A DNA stretch of 64,000 nt from an uncultured Lachnospiraceae bacterium (GTDB lineage: Bacteria; Bacillota; Clostridia; Lachnospirales; Lachnospiraceae): assembly GCA_944377385.1 (NCBI GenBank), contig CALWET010000095.1, positions 2,683-66,682 on the forward strand, read 5' to 3'. The translations under genes and the position numbers were made by a program. Below, one piece after another: positions 55,731-63,696 of the stretch (position 1 is the first letter of the stretch; every line of letters starts with the position of its first letter). The notes below the pieces were generated by a model that saw only the letters and a list, made by a program, of their open reading frames with translations, had not been told where the DNA came from and did not search any database.

Positions 55731-56801
55731 ATGCGGATGTTCAACTGTGATTATCTTGAGGGTGCTCACGAAAAGATACTTGAACGTATGGCTGAGACAA
55801 ACTATGAGCAGACTGTAGGCTATGGAGAGGATGGCCATTGCAGCGCTGCCGCAGAGCTCATTAAGGAAATGGTAGGGGACAAGGATGCCTACGTCCAGTT
55901 CCTGGTGGGAGGCACTCAGACAAACATGACCATACTCAGCTACCTTCTGAGGCCACATGAGGGAGTCATCAGTGCGGATACGGGACACATTGCCGTGCAT
56001 GAATCGGGGGCAATAGAGGCCCAGGGACATAAGGTCATTACCCTCAAGTCTGAGGACGGCAAGCTCAGTGCCAAGGATATAAAGGCTTTTGTAAAGACCT
56101 ATTGGGCAGACGAGACTGCGGATCATATGGTCAAGCCGAGGGCAGTTTACATTTCCTATGCCACGGAAACAGGCAGCCTCTATACAAAGGAAGAGCTCAG
56201 AGACATACGCAAGGTATGCAAAAAATACGACATGTACCTTTTCCTGGACGGAGCAAGGCTTGGATACGGACTCATGTCTGAAAAGTCAGATCTGACCATC
56301 AGGGATATCTATGAGCTTACGGATGTGTTTTATATAGGAGGCACCAAGCAGGGAGCTCTTTTTGGCGAGGCAGTGGTCTTTAACAGCGGCATATGCCATA
56401 AGGAGTTCAGATATTATATAAAGCAAAAGGGAGGAATGCTGGCAAAGGGCAGGCTCCTTGGCATCCAGTTTGAAACACTGCTCGAAAAGGATGTACATGG
56501 CGACTGTCTCTATTTCAGGCTTGCAAGACATGCCGACGAGCTGGCTATGAAGCTCAAGAAGGGCATAAGCGAGCTTGGATTTGAGCTTTACAGCGACAGC
56601 TATACCAATCAGCAGTTCTTTATACTTCCGGACAAGCTCATAAAAAAGCTGTCAAGGAAATACAGCTTCAGCACCTGGGCTCCAATGGGCGATGGAAGGA
56701 CCGCAGTAAGGATATGCACCTCCTGGGCTACAAAGGAGGAGGCTGTCGATGCCCTGATAGAGGATATGGCCAAGGCTGCTTCTAAGCTGGGTATAAAATA
56801 A
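55731..56801 (+). CDS. low-specificity threonine aldolase family protein (PLP, beta-eliminating lyase fold)
   Basis: This is ORF 55698..56801. ATG 55731 follows AAGGAGAG. The motifs FNCDYLEGAHEKIL, GGTQTNM and FYIGGTKQGALFGEA (PLP lysine context) are present. Confidence 0.7.
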   Translation: MRMFNCDYLEGAHEKILERMAETNYEQTVGYGEDGHCSAAAELIKEMVGDKDAYVQFLVGGTQTNMTILSYLLRPHEGVISADTGHIAVHESGAIEAQGHKVITLKSEDGKLSAKDIKAFVKTYWADETADHMVKPRAVYISYATETGSLYTKEELRDIRKVCKKYDMYLFLDGARLGYGLMSEKSDLTIRDIYELTDVFYIGGTKQGALFGEAVVFNSGICHKEFRYYIKQKGGMLAKGRLLGIQFETLLEKDVHGDCLYFRLARHADELAMKLKKGISELGFELYSDSYTNQQFFILPDKLIKKLSRKYSFSTWAPMGDGRTAVRICTSWATKEEAVDALIEDMAKAASKLGIK

Positions 56802-56808
56802 AGCTTTT

Positions 56809-58539
56809 ATGGAAAAACAGTGGTATATTTATTCAAAAAAAGCTGATTTTAAGGCCATATCAGAAAAATTTGGAATAGATAAGGTAACAGCCAGAGTGCT
56901 GAGGAACAGGGACTTAGTCTCGGAAACGGACATCTCCCTGTTTCTTTATGGGTCCATGAAGGACCTTTATGATGGAAGAAGGCTGCCGGATATGGATAAG
57001 GCCGCAGCCTTGCTTGCTGAAAAGATAAGGGAAGGCAGACGTATAAGGATAGTGGGAGACTATGATATAGACGGGGTCTGTGCCGTTTATATCATGTATA
57101 CTGCCATAAGCATGTGCGGTGGAAGGGTGGACCAGGTCATACCTGACCGTATCAGGGATGGATATGGCATAAACCTGCGTATCATCGAGGAGGCAGCGGC
57201 TGAGGACGTGGATACGCTTGTGACGGTGGATAACGGCATCGCAGCCCAAAATGAGCTTGAAAGAGCAAAGGAGCTGGGAATGACAGTTATAGTCACAGAC
57301 CATCATGATGTGCGCAAGGATCAGATGGGGCAGGATATACTGCCTGCGGCATCAGCAGTCATTGATCCCAAGCGTTCGGCTTCGATCTATGATACTCAGG
57401 ATATATGCGGAGCAGTGGTGGCATGGAAGCTTGCCGAACAGCTGTTTGCCGCTTTCTCAGTCAAAAGGGAAAACTGGCTTGGCCTTTTGCCCTTTGCAGC
57501 CATTGCCACGATAGGTGATGTCATGCCTCTGATAGGTGAAAACAGGATCATAGTCAGGGAAGGGCTCAGGATGATCAATGAGAGGCCCCGGGGCTTCAAT
57601 CCAGGCCTTAGGGAGCTTATAAGGAGCTGCGGCCTCATGGACAGAGAGATAGGCTCCTATCATATAGGATTTATCCTTGGACCCTGTATAAATGCCGGAG
57701 GGCGGCTTGAATCTGCTCGCTGTGCCCTTGATCTCTTTCTTTGCGATATCCCGGAAAGGGCAGCGGAGATTGCAGAGCATCTGAAGATGCTTAATGATGA
57801 GAGAAAGTCTATGACAGAGGAGGGAGTCAAAGCTGCCATGCTTCAGGCAGAGGAAAGCTATCCTGATGACAAGGTGCTTTGCATTGAACTGCCCAAGCTC
57901 CATGAATCCCTGGCAGGCATAGTTGCGGGCAGGCTGAGGGAGCATTTTGGAAAGCCTGCCTTTGTATTTACTGATACTGAGGAAAAGGGGATATCCAAGG
58001 GCAGCGGACGATCCACGGAAAAATATCACATGTTTGAGGGGATCAGGAGAGAGGATGGGCTGCTCATCAAGTACGGTGGCCATCCAATGGCTGCAGGTTT
58101 AAGTCTCAGGACCTCGGATATCGGCAGACTGAGGGAGCAGCTTAACAGAAACTGCGGCCTGAGGGATGAGGATCTTATAGAAAAGCTATGGATAGATGCG
58201 GCCATGCCCATCAGCTATATCAGCATGCAGCTTGCAGAGGAGCTTCAGCGCCTGGCTCCCTTTGGGACCGGGAATCCAAGGCCTGTGTTTGCTGAAAAAG
58301 GACTTGAGGCTTATGATATAAGAGTACTTGGAAAAAATAAAAACGTACTTAAATTCGGGATTCGTGAAGAAACAGGCGCCTCTGTCTCTGCCATAATGTT
58401 TGGAGATGCAGAGGAGCTGAGAGCAAGGCTTGAGGGCAGCAGAAGGCTGTCCGTGCTCTATTTTCCCCAGATAAATGAATATAACGGCAAAAGGGAGCTT
58501 CAGCTTCAGGTGCTGGATATAAGGGACAGCTCAGCTTGA
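56809..58539 (+). CDS. recJ: single-stranded-DNA-specific exonuclease RecJ
   Basis: DHH motifs are present (IVGDYDIDGVCA, TVDNGI, VTDHH), followed by DHHA1 (GGHPMAAGLSL). Confidence 0.92.
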   Translation: MEKQWYIYSKKADFKAISEKFGIDKVTARVLRNRDLVSETDISLFLYGSMKDLYDGRRLPDMDKAAALLAEKIREGRRIRIVGDYDIDGVCAVYIMYTAISMCGGRVDQVIPDRIRDGYGINLRIIEEAAAEDVDTLVTVDNGIAAQNELERAKELGMTVIVTDHHDVRKDQMGQDILPAASAVIDPKRSASIYDTQDICGAVVAWKLAEQLFAAFSVKRENWLGLLPFAAIATIGDVMPLIGENRIIVREGLRMINERPRGFNPGLRELIRSCGLMDREIGSYHIGFILGPCINAGGRLESARCALDLFLCDIPERAAEIAEHLKMLNDERKSMTEEGVKAAMLQAEESYPDDKVLCIELPKLHESLAGIVAGRLREHFGKPAFVFTDTEEKGISKGSGRSTEKYHMFEGIRREDGLLIKYGGHPMAAGLSLRTSDIGRLREQLNRNCGLRDEDLIEKLWIDAAMPISYISMQLAEELQRLAPFGTGNPRPVFAEKGLEAYDIRVLGKNKNVLKFGIREETGASVSAIMFGDAEELRARLEGSRRLSVLYFPQINEYNGKRELQLQVLDIRDSSA

Positions 58540-58649
58540 TTTCAGATCTTTGTGTAAGATTTGTGAAATTTATGTTTTTATTAACGATTTGGACACATTT
58601 ATAATCTATATTCTTGATGAAATAAACGGTATACGGAGGACTGGCTTAA

Positions 58650-58910
58650 ATGAAAAACAAAAATGATCATAAGCCCGGAAGTGAAAAAAAGAATTATAAG
58701 AGAGATACCATACTTATGATATGTGCTCTGGTGGTGCTTTTTCTGTCACCTGTAGGCATCAGCGTATATTCAAATTATCAGCAGGAGAAGATGATGGAAG
58801 ATTACACGGCTCAGATAATGGAGAGCATGGCTGAGCAGGCGGCTGCAAGTGCCTCTGACGCCATAGCCTCGGACATAAGCTGGGAAGTCATCGGCGGTGA
58901 CGAGGAATAA
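58650..58910 (+). CDS. small membrane-anchored protein, function unknown
   Basis: 86 aa with a basic N-terminus, one TM helix (ILMICALVVLFLSPVGISV) and an acidic tail. A GGAGG RBS lies upstream. Confidence 0.45.
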   Translation: MKNKNDHKPGSEKKNYKRDTILMICALVVLFLSPVGISVYSNYQQEKMMEDYTAQIMESMAEQAAASASDAIASDISWEVIGGDEE

Positions 58911-58951
58911 GGAGCTTTTCGGACAATAAGTAAAGTACGTAAAAAAGAAAG

Positions 58952-59001
58952 GAGTGCTGCGATGTCATCAGTTATTGATGATCTTGCAGCACTCTCTTTT
59001 A
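58952..59001. terminator. bidirectional terminator between ORF 58650 (+) and dfx (-)
   Basis: A 9-bp stem GAGTGCTGC / GCAGCACTC with an imperfect inner extension is flanked by an A-rich run (58941-58950) and followed by TCTCTTTT. Confidence 0.55.
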
Positions 59002-59022
59002 TTGCCATCAGGCTTTAGTTAT

Positions 59023-59073
59023 CAAATGCTCATGCCTTCCAAATGCTCATGCCTTCCAAATGCTCATGCCTTC
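59023..59073. repeat. perfect tandem triplication of a 17-bp unit spanning the dfx stop codon
   Basis: CAAATGCTCATGCCTTC occurs at 59023-59039, 59040-59056 and 59057-59073 with no mismatches. The third copy contains the last codons and the TGA of dfx on the minus strand. Confidence 0.95.
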
Positions 59074-59438
59074 CAGAGGCCATGCAGATTGCAGTATTCA
59101 TAGACAGCCTCTACCTCGTCTCCTTCACAGACAGCAAAGCAGGCCTTGGGGGCTTCGCCGGGAGCAAGCCGCCTGAGCTGAGTCCCCTTCTTTGTTTTAA
59201 GTACGATCCATTCGATGTAATGCTCAGGAAGCATGGGGTGCTCAACGGAGCCCACTGTCACTGATACTTTTCCGTTTTCTACATCATAAACAGGTACATG
59301 CTTTTCAAGTGCCCCGTCAGTGGTGCCTGCCTTGAGCTCCTTCATGGGCTCTCCACAGCATACTACAGGGACGCCGGAATCATGCAGTTTTATGATTATG
59401 TTTCCACAATGGCTGCAAATGTAAAATTTTTCCTCCAT
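59064..59438 (-). CDS. dfx: desulfoferrodoxin (2Fe superoxide reductase)
   Basis: This is ORF 59064..59465 (-), with the internal ATG at 59438 preferred. The N-terminal desulforedoxin motif is CSHCGN...CCGEPM. The C-terminal neelaredoxin domain shows EKHVPV, HPM..EHYIEWI and YCNLHGLW. Confidence 0.9.
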   Translation of the reverse strand: MEEKFYICSHCGNIIIKLHDSGVPVVCCGEPMKELKAGTTDGALEKHVPVYDVENGKVSVTVGSVEHPMLPEHYIEWIVLKTKKGTQLRRLAPGEAPKACFAVCEGDEVEAVYEYCNLHGLWKA

Positions 59439-59495
59439 GTTTACAGCTCCTTTCATTGGCAGCAAACTGCCGTAAAAAAATAGGAAGATACCTAT

Positions 59496-59532
59496 ATATG
59501 ATAATTATAAGTTGCCAGGGCTGCTATTTCAA
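59496..59532 (-). promoter_or_regulatory. dfx promoter overlapped by a PerR/Fur-like 7-1-7 inverted repeat
   Basis: On the minus strand: TTGAAA (59532-59527), 17 nt, then TATAAT (59509-59504). On the plus strand, 59496-59510 reads ATATGAT-A-ATTATAA. That matches 12 of 14 positions of the B. subtilis PerR box TTATAATnATTATAA, a consensus quoted from memory. Confidence 0.4.
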
Positions 59533-59547
59533 CCGTATTTTGATTTC

Positions 59548-59576
59548 TTGATGTAAAGACTCATACATGATAATAT
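59548..59576 (+). promoter_or_regulatory. promoter of the small-CxxC / 4Fe-4S gene pair
   Basis: TTGATG (59548-59553), 17 nt, then TAATAT (59571-59576), preceded by a TGn extended -10 element. Confidence 0.45.
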
Positions 59577-59615
59577 TTGAACATATATCTTGGTTTGGAA
59601 GAGAGGGTGTCATAA

Positions 59616-59765
59616 ATGAAAAAGGATGTCAGGGTGTATACGGGCATGCTGCTTTTTCTTCTTGGAGTCACAGCCTGCCTTTACGGAGCCTTTTGTACTT
59701 CGGAAGCGGATACCGTGATGCAGAAGGCAGTGACCATATGTCTTGAATGTATAGGGATAGGCTAA
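59616..59765 (+). CDS. 49-aa membrane-anchored CxxC protein (CD1871A-like), missing from the ORF track
   Basis: ATG 59616 lies 6 nt after GAGAGGGTG, and TAA is at 59763-59765. The translation is MKKDVRVYTGMLLFLLGVTACLYGAFCTSEADTVMQKAVTICLECIGIG, with one TM helix and a C-terminal CLEC. It lies 16 nt upstream of a 4Fe-4S membrane protein gene. Confidence 0.6.
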   Translation: MKKDVRVYTGMLLFLLGVTACLYGAFCTSEADTVMQKAVTICLECIGIG

Positions 59766-59781
59766 GGAAAAGGTGACAGGC

Positions 59782-60666
59782 ATGGATAGAAAAAGACGAA
59801 GCTCAGTACCAAGGTTCCTGATTCAGGCAGGCTTTTTTGCTCTGACAAATGGTTATGCAAATGGATTCCTGAAGGGAAGGATATACCGTGGCGGCCTCAA
59901 ACGCTTCTGTGCGCCGGGATTGAACTGCTATTCCTGTCCGGGGGCTCTGCTGTCCTGTCCTATAGGCTCGCTTCAGGCTGTGCTGGACAGCGGAAAATAC
60001 AAGATCTCACTTTACGTATTTGGTTTCCTGGTAGCTGTGGGTGCCTTGCTGGGCAGGGCCGTATGCGGCTTTTTCTGTCCCTTTGGACTTTTGCAGGATC
60101 TCTTGTATCGTATGCCCTTTCTGAAAAAAAGAAAGAACCTTCCGGGACATGGAAAGCTGGTCTATCTGAAATATGCAGTGCTGCTTTTCTTATGTATTCT
60201 TTTCCCTATGATCTTTGTAAATGAGGCAGGGCTTGGAGATCCCTGGTTCTGCAAGTATCTTTGTCCAAGCGGTACATTCTTTGCGGGACTGCCCCTTCTT
60301 TCGCTGGCTCCGGAGCTGAGGGCTGCGGCAGGCTTCAGATTTTTATGGAAGCTAGGGGCCCTGGTGTTGATCCTGGCTCTGTCCGCAGGCTTTTACAGGC
60401 CCTTCTGCAAATATCTTTGTCCTCTTGGCGCTTTGTACGGTTTTTTCAATCCGGTATCTCTGTATGGATTGGCCATAGACAGAGAAAGATGCACGGGATG
60501 CGGAGCCTGTGCTTCAGCCTGCGGCATGGGGATAAAGGTGTGGAAGGATCCATACAGCTTTGAATGTATACGCTGCGGTGATTGTGCATCAGCCTGTCCT
60601 GAGCAGGCAATAGACATAGGCATGCTGGCACGCAAAAGGAACGGGTTGAGGAGATCTGAGGTATGA
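59782..60666 (+). CDS. membrane-bound 4Fe-4S ferredoxin-type protein (NapH/MauN-like)
   Basis: The start is ATG 59782 (or GTG 59773). It has several TM helices with CxxC motifs at the membrane faces (CYSCPGALLSCP, CGFFCPFG, CKYLCPSG, CKYLCPLG). Two C-terminal ferredoxin motifs follow: CTGCGACASAC and CIRCGDCASACP. Confidence 0.8.
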   Translation: MDRKRRSSVPRFLIQAGFFALTNGYANGFLKGRIYRGGLKRFCAPGLNCYSCPGALLSCPIGSLQAVLDSGKYKISLYVFGFLVAVGALLGRAVCGFFCPFGLLQDLLYRMPFLKKRKNLPGHGKLVYLKYAVLLFLCILFPMIFVNEAGLGDPWFCKYLCPSGTFFAGLPLLSLAPELRAAAGFRFLWKLGALVLILALSAGFYRPFCKYLCPLGALYGFFNPVSLYGLAIDRERCTGCGACASACGMGIKVWKDPYSFECIRCGDCASACPEQAIDIGMLARKRNGLRRSEV

Positions 60667-60689
60667 AGGATGGGATGACGGCATAAAAA

Positions 60690-60732
60690 GACATCTGTCA
60701 CCAGAGGACTTTGGCCTGAGGAGACAGATGTC
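60690..60732 (+). terminator. long hairpin downstream of the 4Fe-4S gene
   Basis: A 10-bp perfect stem GACATCTGTC / GACAGATGTC has a 23-nt loop. There is no immediate U-run, so the terminator function is uncertain. Confidence 0.35.
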
Positions 60733-61119
60733 AGATAAAGCATATATATTTTTCAAGGTACTGTTTCCAGGCAGGTCATTAAAGAGAGTTTTTGCGTGAC
60801 ATATAAAAGACCGGTCCAGGGCTTTTGCATAAGGTTTTCCGCAAGGCGGCGGCGATCAAAAAAGCCTGGTATGCCGTGGAATCAATATCCGGGGTCATGT
60901 ACCTAAGGCAGATCACAGGGATCATGGATGAAAATATCCGGTTAAGATCAAAAGACTTGCTCAGAATAAATGAGTTGAAGCTTTGTGATGATGCTTTACT
61001 GGAAAAACTGAGGAATAGGCCGATGGCTTGGTTTTTCAAGACTTGTATAAAGGTACTGAAGACCTCTGGACTTTTGATATGTGGAGTATAAACGAAATAG
61101 GGCAAAAACACAATAAGTC

Positions 61120-61148
61120 TTGACAAAAAAAATCTGTTTTGATATATT
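61120..61148 (+). promoter_or_regulatory. promoter of tRNA-Arg
   Basis: TTGACA (61120-61125), 17 nt, then TATATT (61143-61148), 20 nt upstream of the tRNA 5' end. Confidence 0.6.
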
Positions 61149-61168
61149 ATTAGTCGCATTTGATGCGT

Positions 61169-61242
61169 GCACTAGTAGCTCAATTGGATAGAGCGTTCGG
61201 CTACGGACCGAAAGGTTGGGAGTTCGAGCCTTCTCTGGTGCA
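61169..61242 (+). tRNA. tRNA-Arg (anticodon ACG)
   Basis: The fold was done by hand. The acceptor stem is GCACTAG/CTGGTGC (one G-U), the D arm is GCTC-AATTGGATA-GAGC, and the anticodon stem is TTCGG/CCGAA with loop CT-ACG-GA. The T arm is GGGAG-TTCGAGC-CTTCT (two G-U). The discriminator is A and no CCA is encoded. Total length is 74 nt. Confidence 0.85.
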
Positions 61243-61243
61243 T

Positions 61244-61280
61244 AAAGGGCTGTCGGAGTACCGGCAGCCCTTTATTTTTC
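61244..61280 (+). terminator. rho-independent terminator after tRNA-Arg
   Basis: The stem AAAGGGCTGTCGG / CCGGCAGCCCTTT has one G-U and loop AGTA, followed by ATTTTTC. It also lies just downstream of the lgt stop on the other strand. Confidence 0.8.
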
Positions 61281-61304
61281 TTATCATATGAATATTTGAT
61301 GCTT

Positions 61305-62198
61305 TTATGTGCGCAGTCCGGTGATCGGCCTGCCCAGGTATCTGCGATGCTGGTAAATGAGTATGCAGAGACCGGCTATAAACAGCAGGGCTGAGAGACA
61401 TTGGGAGACCGCAAGGACGGTACCGGGGATCAAAAGCTGATCCGTACGCAGGCCTTCTATGAAGAAACGTCCAAGCCCATAAAGTGTAAGGTACAGGACC
61501 GTTATCTCTCCCTGCCATTTCTGGAGGTGCTTTCCAAACCATATCATAAATATGAGACAGCACAGGTTCCATACCGATTCATAAAGAAAGGTGGGATGGA
61601 CCTGTATATATCTTACACCTGCATCCAGGATGACATGAGCCTCAAGATCGGCTGAGATCATGGAGGGATTTACCAGCGATTCCTTTATCCTCATGGCCAG
61701 GATGCTGTCGGTGTAGCCGCCAAAGGCCTCACAGTTGAAAAAATTACCCCAGCGGCCTATGATCTGTCCGGTTATAAGGCCCAGGACGCCGGTGTCTGCA
61801 AGCCTTAGGAAGGGAAAACCCTTTATGCGTGTAAAGACATAGGCTGTGGCAAAGGCTGCTATCACTCCGCCGTATATGGCCAGACCGCCCTGCCTGAGGT
61901 TCAATATGGACAGAAGATCATCCTTATACAGATCCCACTCAAAAATAACATAGTAAAGACGGGCGCCCATCACGGAAAATATGATGGCGTATATGGCAAA
62001 ATCCGTATAAAGATCAGGATCCTGTCCCCTGCGCCTTGCATCCCAGAGGGCTACAGCGATCCCGCACAGCATGCCTATGGCTATGATGATACCGTAATAG
62101 GCTATGGAAAAGCTGCCAAAGAGGTTTATGCTCCTGCTCAGCTTTTGTATGACTATGCCAAGATGGGGAAAGATCAGATCCGCACCATTGTAACTCAT
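61305..62198 (-). CDS. lgt: prolipoprotein diacylglyceryl transferase
   Basis: This is ORF 61305..62228 (-). The internal ATG at 62198 lies 8 nt after AAGGAGG. The motifs YGIIIAIGML, GARLYYV and the signature GRWGNFFNCEAFG are present. Confidence 0.9.
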   Translation of the reverse strand: MSYNGADLIFPHLGIVIQKLSRSINLFGSFSIAYYGIIIAIGMLCGIAVALWDARRRGQDPDLYTDFAIYAIIFSVMGARLYYVIFEWDLYKDDLLSILNLRQGGLAIYGGVIAAFATAYVFTRIKGFPFLRLADTGVLGLITGQIIGRWGNFFNCEAFGGYTDSILAMRIKESLVNPSMISADLEAHVILDAGVRYIQVHPTFLYESVWNLCCLIFMIWFGKHLQKWQGEITVLYLTLYGLGRFFIEGLRTDQLLIPGTVLAVSQCLSALLFIAGLCILIYQHRRYLGRPITGLRT

Positions 62199-62378
62199 GT
62201 TCCGGACCTCCTTGAGGTTATATAGCATAAATATTTAGATGGATTTTATCACGCAGGGGAGGGGCTTGTCAAAAATAAAGAAAGGGACCGGACGGCATTT
62301 TGGGCAAGGAGCTTGAGAAAAAGCTGATTATGCGTTATAAATATAAGCTGAAGGCAAGATAAGGAGATATCGATAGAC

Positions 62379-63476
62379 ATGAAGCTGGGCATAGTTGGGT
62401 TACCAAATGTAGGAAAATCTACTCTTTTTAATTCCATAACAAAGGCAGGAGCGGAATCTGCCAATTATCCCTTTTGTACCATAGATCCCAATGTGGGAGT
62501 CGTGGCAGTGCCGGATGAAAGGCTTGACAAGCTGGCTGCGCTTTATGACTCTCAAAAGATCACACCGGCAGTAATAGAATTCGTAGACATTGCAGGACTG
62601 GTAAAGGGAGCCTCCAGAGGTGAGGGCCTTGGGAACAGGTTCCTGGCAAATATCAGGGAGTGTGACGCCATAGTCCATGTGGTAAGGTGCTTTGAGGATC
62701 CCAATGTAGTGCATGTGGAGGGCAGCGTGGATCCTGTCAGGGATATAGAGACCATCAACCTCGAGCTTATATTTGCTGATCTTGAGGCTCTGGAAAAAAG
62801 GATGGGGCGTACGGCAAAGCTTGAAAACAATGACAAGGAAGCCAAGCATGAGCTTGAGCTGCTAAAAAAGCTCAAGGAGGCCCTGGAAGGCGGAAAGCCC
62901 GCCTCGTCGGTGGAGATCGAGGATGAGGAGGACAGGAGGATCGTTGATTCGCTGTTCCTTCTTACATCAAAGCCTGTCATATTTGCGGCAAATGTTTCAG
63001 AGGATGATCTGGCAGATGACGGGGCATCAAATCCATATGTGGCTCAGGTCAGGGAATACGCAAAGGAAAACGGAAACGGTGTCTTTGTGATCTCGGCTCG
63101 TATAGAGGAAGAGATAGCAGAGCTTCCGGATGATGAAAAGGCTGAATATCTGGAGACCCTGGGGCTTGAAGAATCCGGCCTTGACAAGCTCATCAAAGCC
63201 AGCTATGACCTGCTTGGACTTATGTCTTTCCTGACGGCAGGAGAAAAGGAGACCAGGGCCTGGACCATTAAAAAGGGAACTACTGCACCTCAGGCTGCAG
63301 GAAAGATACATTCTGATTTTGAACGTGGCTTTATAAGGGCAGAGGTCATAAATTACAAGCAGCTCCTGGAGTGTGGCTCTTTAGCCGCTGCCAGGGAAAA
63401 AGGACTTGTAAGGCTTGAGGGAAAGGATTACGTGGTACAGGATGGAGATACCATAGTTTTCCGCTTCAATGTCTGA
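62379..63476 (+). CDS. ychF: redox-regulated ribosome-binding ATPase YchF
   Basis: The motifs MKLGIVGLPNVGKSTLFN (G1), DIAGLVKGAS (G3) and a C-terminal TGS domain (AGKIHSDFERGFIRAEV) are present. Confidence 0.95.
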   Translation: MKLGIVGLPNVGKSTLFNSITKAGAESANYPFCTIDPNVGVVAVPDERLDKLAALYDSQKITPAVIEFVDIAGLVKGASRGEGLGNRFLANIRECDAIVHVVRCFEDPNVVHVEGSVDPVRDIETINLELIFADLEALEKRMGRTAKLENNDKEAKHELELLKKLKEALEGGKPASSVEIEDEEDRRIVDSLFLLTSKPVIFAANVSEDDLADDGASNPYVAQVREYAKENGNGVFVISARIEEEIAELPDDEKAEYLETLGLEESGLDKLIKASYDLLGLMSFLTAGEKETRAWTIKKGTTAPQAAGKIHSDFERGFIRAEVINYKQLLECGSLAAAREKGLVRLEGKDYVVQDGDTIVFRFNV

Positions 63477-63515
63477 TACCAGCCTTATGACAGCTGAATA
63501 GATCAGTCTGCGCTG

Positions 63516-63567
63516 ATACCGGTACAAGATATAGATGATTTGAACTATATTTTGTACCGGTATTTTT
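63516..63567 (+). terminator. rho-independent terminator after ychF
   Basis: A 12-bp perfect stem ATACCGGTACAA / TTGTACCGGTAT is followed by TTTTGTG. Confidence 0.7.
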
Positions 63568-63645
63568 GTGCGTAAAAATACTGACAAAAAAGCATGGAAA
63601 AAACAGGATTTTCCCTTGACTTTTGATATTTGATGGGGGAAAATA

Positions 63646-63687
63646 GTGGAAAAGTAGCAAATTGTGGTGTTTTGTGTCAGAAAGTGG
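63646..63687 (+). promoter_or_regulatory. array of GTGK direct repeats upstream of mraZ (candidate MraZ operator)
   Basis: GTGG is at 63646, GTAG at 63654, GTGG at 63664, GTGT at 63674 and GTGG at 63684. The last four have 10-nt periodicity, and the array ends 10 nt before the mraZ ATG. Confidence 0.4.
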
Positions 63688-63696
63688 TTAATTAGG

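Noticed and set aside
59023-59073. CRISPR array or coding minisatellite.
   Set aside because: The three 17-bp units are directly adjacent with no spacers, there are no cas genes, and the unit length is not a multiple of three. I report it as a simple tandem repeat instead.
60825-61091. 88-aa plus-strand ORF as a confident gene.
   Set aside because: It has a TTG start, no clear RBS and no recognisable motif. It is kept only as part of a finding, not as a feature.
61169-61304. Genomic island or integrated element at tRNA-Arg.
   Set aside because: There is no integrase, no recombinase and no direct repeat of the tRNA 3' end nearby. The downstream genes (lgt, ychF, mraZ) are core.
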